The position numbers were made by a program, and so were the translations under genes. The notes beneath the pieces are model-generated. The model saw nothing but the letters and a program-made list of their open reading frames with translations, was not told the DNA's origin and did not search any database. From NCBI GenBank assembly GCA_021734445.1, contig JAIPIY010000003.1:1-62075 (forward strand): a stretch of 62,075 nt of DNA. Reading direction: 5' to 3'. Shown one piece after another: positions 1 to 8,392 of the stretch (positions are counted from its first letter, which is position 1; each line of letters starts with the position of its first letter). Source of the DNA: Minisyncoccota bacterium (GTDB lineage: Bacteria > Patescibacteriota > Minisyncoccia > Phycocordibacterales > UBA1006).

Positions 1-347
1 TAAACCTAGGTACACTACGACCAGATGATGAAGGAAGATTCACCGTAACTACTCAAGCTAAAACTACAGGAACATCAGGTGATACTATTGTAGCTCAAGT
101 CATGATGGCCTTCACCACACCAGGAGAAGCTCAACACACAGCTATGAACTATGATGATGACATCTATTACTCTACCGTTATTCTAGGTACAGGAGCCTCT
201 CTCTTTGGATTGAACTTCTTACCGAATACGTTGTTGGGATGGTTGTTGTTCTTGTTGGCATTAATATTAATTATCGTCGTTGGACGAAAAATATTAAAAG
301 CACAAGAATCAAAAACAATTCCTGAAGAAGATATTCGTTATCTATAA
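1..347 (+). CDS. 3' end of a larger protein entering from upstream of the window; ends in a single hydrophobic C-terminal anchor
   Basis: Frame 3 is open from base 3 to TAA at 345-347 (the ORF track shows it only from the Met at 102). The tail LLGWLLFLLALILIIVVGRK looks like a TM anchor. A terminator hairpin follows. Confidence 0.5.
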   Translation, partial: NLGTLRPDDEGRFTVTTQAKTTGTSGDTIVAQVMMAFTTPGEAQHTAMNYDDDIYYSTVILGTGASLFGLNFLPNTLLGWLLFLLALILIIVVGRKILKAQESKTIPEEDIRYL

Positions 348-360
348 AAAACGATAAAAT

Positions 361-392
361 AAAAACCCACACATGTGTGGGTTTTTATTTTT
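361..392 (+). terminator. Rho-independent terminator
   Basis: Perfect hairpin CCCACACA/TGTGTGGG (366-381) followed by TTTTTATTTTT. Confidence 0.7.
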
Positions 393-487
393 GCCAATAG
401 AGCGTGTCTTTGTTGGCGTGATAAAGATTATCTAATTTGTAAAAATGTACGTTGACTTTTTTTCCCGGTATGTCATATTGAATACAT

Positions 488-913
488 ATGAAAAGAACAT
501 TTTTTACTGCATTTTTATTAATAAGTCTCTTTGTTTTGGGTAGCAGCAGTGTTTCTGCGTTTGGTGGTTGGAATTCAGGTGGTGCACAAACTATGCATGT
601 TTCGCATTACGGGTATTCTGCCCCTACTGTATATGCACCCACATCTGCATATGTTCCGGTGCAAAATTATGGGTATGCTACAAATAATAGCTATTATGAT
701 GGATATAACACCTACGCGCCTTCTTATTATGGTAACAGCTATAACCCAGGATATGGTACAGGATTTGGCACGGGAATGAGTGTTGGTATGGGATGGGGTG
801 CTGGAGGATACATGCCTATTGGATACGGAGGTGGTTACAATTCAGGATATGGATATGATAATTATGGAGGAGGGTGTTCAGGATATTGTTACGGAAGTCC
901 AATTTTCTATTAG
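488..913 (+). CDS. secreted Gly/Tyr/Asn-rich low-complexity protein
   Basis: N-terminal signal-like peptide MKRTFFTAFLLISLFVLGSSSVSA. The rest is dominated by G, Y, N, S repeats (GYGTGFGTGMSVGMGWGAGGY...). I recognise no family. Confidence 0.55.
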   Translation: MKRTFFTAFLLISLFVLGSSSVSAFGGWNSGGAQTMHVSHYGYSAPTVYAPTSAYVPVQNYGYATNNSYYDGYNTYAPSYYGNSYNPGYGTGFGTGMSVGMGWGAGGYMPIGYGGGYNSGYGYDNYGGGCSGYCYGSPIFY

Positions 914-919
914 AAACAG

Positions 920-1708
920 TTATCTTTTTACATCAAAGTATTTAGGTATTTCAGATAATATCCAATTATTAATTCCATCGATAACATCTTGAATTATCTT
1001 TTTATCTGTTGTTGGATTTAATGCCAAATGTAATACCTGGTGCATTTCCGATTCTTTTTCTGGGTAGTATTCTGAAAAATCTTTGTAGCACAAATATAAA
1101 TCCCTGGTATATCTTTTAGATCTTTCCATGGTTAATTCAAAACCTGTACGTAAAAAACCTTTCATTACCCAAGTGCAGAATTTCTTCATTTCTTCGTCAT
1201 CAGATTCCTCGGCAAGGAATTTTTTATATTTTACTAATCGATTATGGAAATTGGGTGCATGACTGACCATTTCTTTTCCTGGTTTCATTTTTGGTATAAC
1301 CAATGGTTTTCCATAAATACAAACAGACTGATTTAAGAGAATATAATCTTCTTCTATTATAGATAGCGGGTCTGCACTCATTTCAATATTATTTACAAAA
1401 TCATATTTTTCTTCTATGTGGGCACGCATTTTTCTGTTGGTTGAATTTTCTTTGAGATATTCTGCCGATTCATCTACATATGCAAAAGTATCTAAGTCAG
1501 AAATATAAGGTATTGCCTGACCTTTTGCTACGGATCCACGTAAATAAACTTGTTTTAATGCATCTCCGTATTTTTCTTTGTAGAGATTAATAACATCCTG
1601 AATTACTGCTTGATATTCGGGTTGTATGTTATCCAAAGATGCTGGATTAATCAGGTATCCATCTGTATCAATGTTAAAATAAGAACCCGTGGGTTGAATT
1701 TGTATCAT
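920..1708 (-). CDS. nucleotidyltransferase-fold protein (AadA/ANT-like)
   Basis: LRGSVAKGQAIPYISDLDTFAYV matches the GS...(D/E)xD minimal nucleotidyltransferase signature. Size and helical C-terminal half resemble adenylyltransferase-type NTases. Confidence 0.55.
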   Translation of the reverse strand: MIQIQPTGSYFNIDTDGYLINPASLDNIQPEYQAVIQDVINLYKEKYGDALKQVYLRGSVAKGQAIPYISDLDTFAYVDESAEYLKENSTNRKMRAHIEEKYDFVNNIEMSADPLSIIEEDYILLNQSVCIYGKPLVIPKMKPGKEMVSHAPNFHNRLVKYKKFLAEESDDEEMKKFCTWVMKGFLRTGFELTMERSKRYTRDLYLCYKDFSEYYPEKESEMHQVLHLALNPTTDKKIIQDVIDGINNWILSEIPKYFDVKR

Positions 1709-1756
1709 AATAGTTTTGTTGCTTTGTGTTAAAAAGTATACTACACTAAAAACAAG

Positions 1757-2058
1757 TTTGCACTTTTAGGTAGCTTTGGGGAGACTTAGTAATGGCGAAT
1801 GAAAAGTCCTTATCACCAACACCGGTCCCCAGAGTGAAATACACCTTATTGCTTCAGCATACGCCGAAAGGCTCCGTGATTCAGTTCACAAATATGCGAT
1901 GATGTCCCCTTCTTATCTGTCCTTTATGTGACTTTGTCCGTAAGACATAAGAAGTGTGTTCTACCTGTAGGAACCCTTTGGGGTGACAGTCGTCAGAACC
2001 AGACGGAAGTAATACGTGCGAGCCCACCCCTGTAGACGAGTTCTATGGGGGTGTTTTT
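1757..2058 (+). ncRNA. orphan structured RNA with its own terminator; RNase P RNA-like motifs (tentative, unassigned)
   Basis: About 300 nt GC-enriched non-coding stretch with no ORF. It contains several strong local hairpins (GCC-GAAA-GGC at about 1863-1872; CTTCTTA..TAAGAAG at about 1908-1954). It ends in CACCCC..GGGGGTG + TTTTTT (2025-2058), which fixes the strand. GAAAAGTCC, AGAGTGAAA and CGTCAGAACC resemble RNase P CR-I/CR-II/CR-IV, but I could not build a convincing P4 helix. Confidence 0.4.
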
Positions 2059-2159
2059 TATATAAAAAATTTCTTTGAAAAAAGCATGACCAGAACTTGA
2101 TTTAAGATATTTATCAAATGTTGCACCATGTGCTTCAAAAATAATTTCTAACCTCACGT

Positions 2160-2390
2160 TTAATCACTTAAACAGCTAAATATATTCTTTTGAAAACTCG
2201 ATATGTCTTGATTTGTTACTTCAAGGTCATTTACAGTAGAGTGACGAGCTTTTTCAAGATTTATCGCCATATCAAAACACTGTCTCATTTTTACTTCTTG
2301 TCGATAGGGCTGACAAAATGCGATATATGTTAAGAGGAGTACAACTATCGATAAAAGGATAAGATTTATTTTTTCTATTTTCATATTCAA
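2160..2390 (-). CDS. small hypothetical protein with N-terminal membrane anchor
   Basis: 76 aa ORF with hydrophobic N-terminus INLILLSIVVLLLTYIAF; no recognisable family. Confidence 0.35.
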   Translation of the reverse strand: MNMKIEKINLILLSIVVLLLTYIAFCQPYRQEVKMRQCFDMAINLEKARHSTVNDLEVTNQDISSFQKNIFSCLSD

Positions 2391-2467
2391 AAAATATTAT
2401 AATACGATACTACAAAAATCGAACGATACATAGTGAATCTTATAATCTGAGACATAATCCTGTTTTG

Positions 2468-2540
2468 TGGACCCGACTGGATTCGAACCAGCGACCTCCT
2501 CAGTGCAAGTGAGGCGCTCTACCAACTAAGCTACGGGCCC
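2468..2540 (-). tRNA. tRNA-Ala (anticodon UGC)
   Basis: Minus-strand cloverleaf GGGCCCGTAGCTTAGTTGGTAGAGCGCCTCACTTGCACTGAGG...GGTTCGAATCCAGTCGGGTCCA. Anticodon loop is CTTGCAC. The G3:U70 pair is present. CCA is not encoded. Confidence 0.9.
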
Positions 2541-2706
2541 AATGCCATTTGCCAAAAAGGCAATAATGGCTTGTGTTTCAGATATAATCCAAAACACAAT
2601 ATTAAACGTGAAAAGAACAACCTTCCCTATTGTACTGGTCTTTTCAAGAAATGCAAGACCTTTTTACAAAAAAGTCACAATTTCTTGTGGATATATAGGA
2701 TTAATC

Positions 2707-3648
2707 CTATATATTTCTTTTTGTTGCCAACTGCACAATATGCCAAATAAAATCATGAAATTTCACACCTACAGCGGTCAAACTGTGATCTAAAATACTG
2801 CCCACGGTCAAATCTGGTAATGCATGAACGCCAGTGATGATGATTCCCCGTTTTGGATGCACAATCATGTCTATCTGAGAATAATGTCGCAAGTGAAAAA
2901 GTCTATGAATTTTTTCTGCGATTTGTTGCACTTGCTTGCTTTCTTCTAATGAAATTGATGCTGGGCATAATCTTGTTTCTTTGTCGGAATATGGTTCGCA
3001 GGTTTCTACGGGGATACAGGTATAGTGTTCTTGTTCACGGAGATTTTCTATGACAATAACAGAAATGTGTTTACCACGTAATAATTCTTGTACCACAATA
3101 TCTTGGCCATCACGAAATGATGATTCTATTGCATGCACTAATTCTTGGAATGAATGCGCGATACGAATTCCGGTGACACCTTTTTTTGTTGGTTTTATTA
3201 ACCACGGCGGACTGATGGTTGCATGGACTTGACTTGCTGTATCGTATGCCTGTTCTGGATCTTGATTTCGTATAAAAATACTGGTGGGTGTTTTTACGTC
3301 ATGTAGTTTCAAAAAATCATTGGTGGTGTGGTGATGCGATGATATAAATACAGGATGCGTATGTGACCCCGTAAACGGCACTGGTAAAGATGCCAGTGTG
3401 TGCAATATATCATGCTCATGATGATGTCCTTCGTGTAATGCATTAAATACAATATCAGTATCGTGGACCAATGGTTCCATCACTGATGCATGAAAATCAT
3501 CATCCGCGTGTTCATAAGAAATAATAACATCATGAGGTTGAACATGGTGTCGGTGTAATGCAGAAAGAACTCGTCTTCCTGTTTCAAGAGATAGATTGTG
3601 GGTATGAATATTTCCCCCACGAAGAACTGCAATGCGAAGCGGTCTCAT
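2707..3648 (-). CDS. ddl: D-alanine--D-alanine ligase family (ATP-grasp) protein
   Basis: N-terminus RIAVLRGGNIHTHNLSLETGRRVL matches the Ddl start (AVLxGGxSxExxVSLxSG). Length and C-terminal ATP-grasp-like segment fit. Unusually His-rich. Confidence 0.6.
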   Translation of the reverse strand: MRPLRIAVLRGGNIHTHNLSLETGRRVLSALHRHHVQPHDVIISYEHADDDFHASVMEPLVHDTDIVFNALHEGHHHEHDILHTLASLPVPFTGSHTHPVFISSHHHTTNDFLKLHDVKTPTSIFIRNQDPEQAYDTASQVHATISPPWLIKPTKKGVTGIRIAHSFQELVHAIESSFRDGQDIVVQELLRGKHISVIVIENLREQEHYTCIPVETCEPYSDKETRLCPASISLEESKQVQQIAEKIHRLFHLRHYSQIDMIVHPKRGIIITGVHALPDLTVGSILDHSLTAVGVKFHDFIWHIVQLATKRNI

Positions 3649-3696
3649 ATGGATACAGTATACAAAAGAATATGCGATAACACAAAAGAATTTTGT

Positions 3697-4941
3697 CTAT
3701 CTTTGAATTTTTCTTTTTGATTTGTGATACGTAATTGCAAATCGATGAGCTTCATTGTTTGCAAGAAGAATGTGTTTTTTATATTTTTCAATAATATCTT
3801 CTACACCCATAAGCGCCTTTGGTTTGTGTTTTTCATCTTTGACTACAGCAACAATGGGTGCAGATATGCCATATAATCGGCAAATTCGTTCGGTAACTCT
3901 TTTTTGAGCCTTTCCCCCATCAACGACAATAAGGGACGGACTTCCCCATCCTGGATGCCCAAAACGACGTGTTAATATCTCTTCTAACGCTTTGGTATCA
4001 TTTGATTTGTTTACACTGCGTATGATGAATTTTCTGTATGCTGATTTTTGTGGTTCGCCATTTTCTATTACTGTCATTACCCCGACCATATTGTCGCCCT
4101 GCAAATGCGCGATATCAAATGCTTCGATGCGAAATGATTCTTTTGATGTATGTGTTTCATGTCGCAACAATGCAATATCATTAATATGTTCCAATGCAAA
4201 AATTTGTCTTTTGATTCTGTCGGCTTCTTCGAATTCTTGTTTTTGCGCTGACGTGTGCATGTTTTTTCGCAATCGTTCGATCAACGTATTTTTCTTTCCC
4301 GATAAAAAAAGTTCAAGACCTTTGATATTTTTCTCATAGGTTTTTTGAAACGAATCCTCGGTATCTTTTGGAGCTAGCCCCAAAGACATATAAAAATCTT
4401 TTGCATGAGATTGTGTTGATTTTTCGTCAAAAAATGGAAATAATTTACGAAGAATTTTCAGTGCAGTTCGTGCAGATGCACCCGATGGAAATGGACCAAA
4501 AAAAGACCGTAGCACTATTTTTTTTGACAATTCTGTCGGGTGGGCGATTTTTTTCGTGAAATCAATATCTCGTTCTCTGATCAGTAAAACCCGTGGTAGC
4601 GATTCTTTGGTAATCGCAATCATGTAATAGCTTTTGTTGTCTTTGTCGCGGGTATTGTATGTTGGTTGATGTTCTTTGATCAAACGTGATTCCGCCAATA
4701 ATGCTTCTAATACAGAATCATATGTTTCCCAAGTAATTTTTGTAACCTGAGAAACCATTTCAACAATTTTAGGACCACGAGACTGGTTAATATCTTTGTT
4801 TGCATAACTGGAAATTCTGTCACGTAATGACGTTGCCTTTCCAATATAGAGAAGATTTTTATTATTCCAGAAAAAATACACGCCAGGAGATTCTGGTGCT
4901 GGTTGTGCCATCTGTACTATTTCCGAACGATGTATTTTCAT
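3697..4941 (-). CDS. uvrC: excinuclease ABC subunit C, short form
   Basis: GIY-YIG N-terminus (GVYFFWNNKNLLYIGKATSLRDRISSY), UVR-like helix (EEADRIKRQIFALEHI) and a C-terminal NEAHRFAITYHK motif. It ends before the usual (HhH)2 domain. Confidence 0.8.
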   Translation of the reverse strand: MKIHRSEIVQMAQPAPESPGVYFFWNNKNLLYIGKATSLRDRISSYANKDINQSRGPKIVEMVSQVTKITWETYDSVLEALLAESRLIKEHQPTYNTRDKDNKSYYMIAITKESLPRVLLIRERDIDFTKKIAHPTELSKKIVLRSFFGPFPSGASARTALKILRKLFPFFDEKSTQSHAKDFYMSLGLAPKDTEDSFQKTYEKNIKGLELFLSGKKNTLIERLRKNMHTSAQKQEFEEADRIKRQIFALEHINDIALLRHETHTSKESFRIEAFDIAHLQGDNMVGVMTVIENGEPQKSAYRKFIIRSVNKSNDTKALEEILTRRFGHPGWGSPSLIVVDGGKAQKRVTERICRLYGISAPIVAVVKDEKHKPKALMGVEDIIEKYKKHILLANNEAHRFAITYHKSKRKIQR

Positions 4942-4943
4942 TG

Positions 4944-6044
4944 TTAAAACAATTTTACAATATCATTGAATGTAACCACAATCATGAGTCCAATCAAGAA
5001 AAGAAATCCACCGGTGTTTACCCATAATACTGCTTTTTCTGGTAGTGGTCGTCGTAATATGGATTCAATGGCAACTACCAATAATCTTCCTCCATCTAAT
5101 GCTGGAATAGGTAAAATATTTATCACTGCAAGATTAATAGAAATCAAAGCCGTAAACCAAATGAGATAACCAAAACCAAGATCTGATGCATCTCCGACAC
5201 TTTTTACAATACCGACAGGGCCAGAAACATTATCCAGACTGGTTGTCGGTGATACGACCAGGCTTTTGAAAAATCCTAATGTTCCCCAAAAGATTGCTTT
5301 TGTGGTATCTACGGTCATGGAAACACTTTCAGAAAATGCAGTTGGTAGATGATTGATATACGCAGTACCAATAGTATCAACGGCAATACCAATTTTTTCG
5401 TTTTCAGCAAAAGCATCTTTTTCGATATAGATTTCAGAAATTTCTTCGTTGCGTTCAATTATAATCGTTGCATCTGATTCAGCATTTCGAATTTGTTCAA
5501 AAATAGTTGTTATCTCTGCTGGATGTTCAATTATTTTTGTTTCTTCTTGGAAATTGATTGATTGCACCGTGTCACCCGATTGTAATTCCAGTGTTTCTGC
5601 AACCGATCCGGAGATGACCTGAATAATCGCTACATGAGAATCTCTGAAAACGGTATTTTCGGGTGCATTGGTTTGCATCATGGGCATACCAACCCACGCA
5701 AGACCAATAAAAATCAATAACCATGCAAAAAGGAAATTCATGGTTACCCCGGCAATTAGCACTAATGCCTGCAAATATCGTGGTCGTGAAGTAAATGCTG
5801 TAGGAGAAGGTTCTTCTGTTTTTTCTTTACCATCTTCACCTTCTATTTTTACAAAACCACCCAACGGAATTGCATTAACAGAAAACAATGTTCCCTTCCA
5901 GGTTCCTATTTTCCATACACGTGGAGGAAATCCAAAACCAAATTCTTCGACTTTCATACCTGACCAACGCGCAACAAAAAAGTGTCCAGCTTCGTGAACT
6001 AATACCAAAAGAGCAATAATGAGAATAAAAAGAATGATTCCCAT
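4944..6044 (-). CDS. rseP: RIP metalloprotease RseP/site-2 protease (M50)
   Basis: HEAGHFFVA HExxH motif in the first TM segment, an internal PDZ-like segment and a C-terminal NLAVINILPIPALDGG motif. Confidence 0.85.
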   Translation of the reverse strand: MGIILFILIIALLVLVHEAGHFFVARWSGMKVEEFGFGFPPRVWKIGTWKGTLFSVNAIPLGGFVKIEGEDGKEKTEEPSPTAFTSRPRYLQALVLIAGVTMNFLFAWLLIFIGLAWVGMPMMQTNAPENTVFRDSHVAIIQVISGSVAETLELQSGDTVQSINFQEETKIIEHPAEITTIFEQIRNAESDATIIIERNEEISEIYIEKDAFAENEKIGIAVDTIGTAYINHLPTAFSESVSMTVDTTKAIFWGTLGFFKSLVVSPTTSLDNVSGPVGIVKSVGDASDLGFGYLIWFTALISINLAVINILPIPALDGGRLLVVAIESILRRPLPEKAVLWVNTGGFLFLIGLMIVVTFNDIVKLF

Positions 6045-6045
6045 A

Positions 6046-6600
6046 TTATACGGTCATTATTTCTTCTTCTTTTTTTCTAAAAATATCTTCCAATTTTTTG
6101 TTTGCATCATCAACATGTTTTTGCAAATCTTCTTTTGCTCGGAATTTTTCATCTTCGCTCATACCACCTTCTTTTTCTTTTGCTTGAACATCGTTCCATG
6201 TGTCTTCACGTACGGCACGAACACGGATGCGCGCTTCTTCTAATTTTTCTTTGATAGTTTTTACCAGATTAACACGGTTTTCTGTGGTAACCATTGGTAC
6301 TGATGCACGAACTCCCTGATCATCAACTGAAACCGAAATCTGAATACCACTGGCAATTAATGCCTTTTCGATGTCTTTGATTTGTTGCTTGTCCCACGGT
6401 GCGATACGAATAGTTCGTGCGTCTTCTAGTGATAATGTCGCAACATTTTTTAATGGAGAACGTGTCCCATAAGCATCTATGGTAACCCCATCTACTAATC
6501 CTACTGATGCACGACCAGCAGAAACCCGAGAATATTCATCAAATAACCAGGTTTGTATTTTTTGTAATTGTTCTTGTGTGTTTGAAAATGAATATGTCAT
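6046..6600 (-). CDS. frr: ribosome recycling factor
   Basis: 184 aa; characteristic RRF sequence (SRVSAGRASVGLVDGVTIDAYG...IRIAPWDKQ...). Confidence 0.9.
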   Translation of the reverse strand: MTYSFSNTQEQLQKIQTWLFDEYSRVSAGRASVGLVDGVTIDAYGTRSPLKNVATLSLEDARTIRIAPWDKQQIKDIEKALIASGIQISVSVDDQGVRASVPMVTTENRVNLVKTIKEKLEEARIRVRAVREDTWNDVQAKEKEGGMSEDEKFRAKEDLQKHVDDANKKLEDIFRKKEEEIMTV

Positions 6601-6623
6601 ATGTTATTCAGTATAACATAATT

Positions 6624-7283
6624 TTATTCCGGAATCATTAGTGCCAAATGTTCTAAAATAAAAGTAATCATTGCGCCTTGGTTTCGTGCATATCGTTGCA
6701 TGTGTAAAATTTCTTCTAGTAAAAGTGCATATTTTCCAGGGTCTTTTGATGCAATATGTAATTGATATATTTGTTTCTGCAATGCTTCAAGAAATCTGGC
6801 AATGTTGCCTTCTTTTAAATCATCACTAATTTGTTTGATGTACGGAATTCTTTCTTTGTAGGGTTTTTGAATAAACAGGGTGACCTCTTCATCGTAATAG
6901 GTTGATACAGAATCAGATGCGGGAAACAAGGTCAGTCGCGACTGCACGGTTTCTAATAGTTGATCATACGAAGGCAAACAAATAACAATATGTGTCCCTG
7001 ATGCAGGTTCTTCTAATAGTTTTAACAATGTATGTTGAGCTTCACGTGAAATTGATATGCCACCCAATATAATCCAAGTTTTTTCGGTTTCGGATTGTTT
7101 AGATTGAGCCATCTTTTTGGCTTCGTGCACATTTTCGATAGATATCAGAGAATCATACTGTTTCCAAATATGATGATTAAAATCTGTATTGTTTTGTAGT
7201 AAATTTACCAGATAATCCGTTTGTGTTTGTGGATCACCAGAAAGAAAATATGCATGAGATGTATATGTATGTAAAAAAGACAT
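6624..7283 (-). CDS. holB: DNA polymerase III delta'-like clamp-loader subunit (short)
   Basis: LLKLLEEPASGTHIVICL matches the clamp-loader LLKTLEEPP box followed by the sensor region SRL. Only 219 aa with no Walker A. Confidence 0.5.
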   Translation of the reverse strand: MSFLHTYTSHAYFLSGDPQTQTDYLVNLLQNNTDFNHHIWKQYDSLISIENVHEAKKMAQSKQSETEKTWIILGGISISREAQHTLLKLLEEPASGTHIVICLPSYDQLLETVQSRLTLFPASDSVSTYYDEEVTLFIQKPYKERIPYIKQISDDLKEGNIARFLEALQKQIYQLHIASKDPGKYALLLEEILHMQRYARNQGAMITFILEHLALMIPE

Positions 7284-7286
7284 AAT

Positions 7287-8306
7287 CTAAAAACCTTTTT
7301 TAGAGAGCACGGTTTTTTTATAAGTGTGTAAATGATTCAATGCAACTCCAGTTCCCTTTACCACGCAGTACAATGCATCATCAGCTAAAGATGCTTTTAC
7401 CCCTGTTCGTTTATGTACTAATTCTGGTAGGTTTCGCAATAATGAACTGCCACCCGTCATAATAATGCCATTATCAATAATATCTGATGCTAATTCCGGA
7501 GGAGTTTCTTGTAGTACATCTTTTATGGCTTTGATCATTTGTCGTAATTCGCTATCGATTGCTTGTACTATTTCATTGGTTTTAATATCAACTGACCGAG
7601 GTAATCCGGTGATATAATCGCGTCCTTTGATAGTTAATGATTCTTCTTCTGCCAATGGTAATGCTGCACCTATTTTAATTTTTATTTCTTCTGCGGTTTT
7701 GTCACCAATAGCAAGATTGAATGTTTTTTTAATATAATCGGTAATGGATTGGTCTATTTTATTACCTGCACATTTTACTGATGTGCAAGCAACAATTCCC
7801 CCTAATGAAATTACCGCAACATCTGTGGTGCCACCCCCGATATCCACAACCATGTATCCTTGTGATTCATGAATGGGAATTCCTGCGCCAATAGCTGCAA
7901 GAATAGGTTCTTTTACTACGTATGCATTTTTTGCTCCGGCTCGTAATGCTGCTTCTACTACGGCACGACGTTCTGTGGATGTTACCCCTGCTGGTACAGA
8001 AATCATCACGTCGGGTTTGAAAATATTCCAAGAGCCCAAAGATTTTGTAATGTAATAACGCAACATGGCTTCGGTGATACGATAATCCGCGATAACTCCA
8101 TCACGCATAGGGCGATATGCAACAATAGCATCAGGTGTTTTTCCTATCATGTCTTTTGCTTCTGATCCGATAGCAAGAATTTTATTGTCGTATTCTGAAA
8201 CTGCAACAACAGAAGGTTCATTTAAAACAATTCCCTTGCCAGGAACATATACCAATGTATTTGCTGTACCTAAATCGATACCTAATTTGGGGCTGAAAAA
8301 ACTCAT
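7287..8306 (-). CDS. mreB: rod shape-determining actin homologue MreB
   Basis: MSFFSPKLGIDLGTANTLVYVPGKGIVLNEPSVVA... is a canonical MreB N-terminus. The ORF-track start at 8336 adds 10 poorly fitting residues. Confidence 0.9.
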   Translation of the reverse strand: MSFFSPKLGIDLGTANTLVYVPGKGIVLNEPSVVAVSEYDNKILAIGSEAKDMIGKTPDAIVAYRPMRDGVIADYRITEAMLRYYITKSLGSWNIFKPDVMISVPAGVTSTERRAVVEAALRAGAKNAYVVKEPILAAIGAGIPIHESQGYMVVDIGGGTTDVAVISLGGIVACTSVKCAGNKIDQSITDYIKKTFNLAIGDKTAEEIKIKIGAALPLAEEESLTIKGRDYITGLPRSVDIKTNEIVQAIDSELRQMIKAIKDVLQETPPELASDIIDNGIIMTGGSSLLRNLPELVHKRTGVKASLADDALYCVVKGTGVALNHLHTYKKTVLSKKGF

Positions 8307-8392
8307 AGATAGCTGAACTATAGCATAGTGGAACACATTTGTCTTCTCTTTGCATACTGTTGGATACGTCTTCTTTTTGTTACTATAGAGAC

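Noticed and set aside
1757-2058. The orphan RNA considered as tmRNA, SRP RNA or a riboswitch.
   Set aside because: It has no tRNA-like 3' end (T-arm + ACCA) or tag ORF. It has no helix-8 type GGAA/AGCA motif. No same-strand gene lies downstream for it to regulate. Only the RNase P-like motifs remain as a weak lead.
3992-4339. Numerous ORFs of 60-170 aa antisense to, or out of frame within, long conserved genes. Examples are 3992-4339, 5668-5997, 8482-8952, 12262-12657, 14496-14960, 33965-34465, 37456-37776, 46537-47052, 53460-53726 and 57506-57967.
   Set aside because: They are shadow ORFs inside well-supported CDSs. They show low-complexity or Cys/Phe-rich translations and have no independent signals.
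8307-8392. N-terminal extensions offered by the ORF track for mreB (8336), priA (8339), thrS (17728), the PAP2 gene (21917), the 25791 ORF, murB (47045), rpsU (11065) and nirK (50376).
   Set aside because: The extensions start at TTG/GTG or run through promoter-like boxes or neighbouring genes, and they add residues that do not match the family N-termini. Internal ATG starts fit better.
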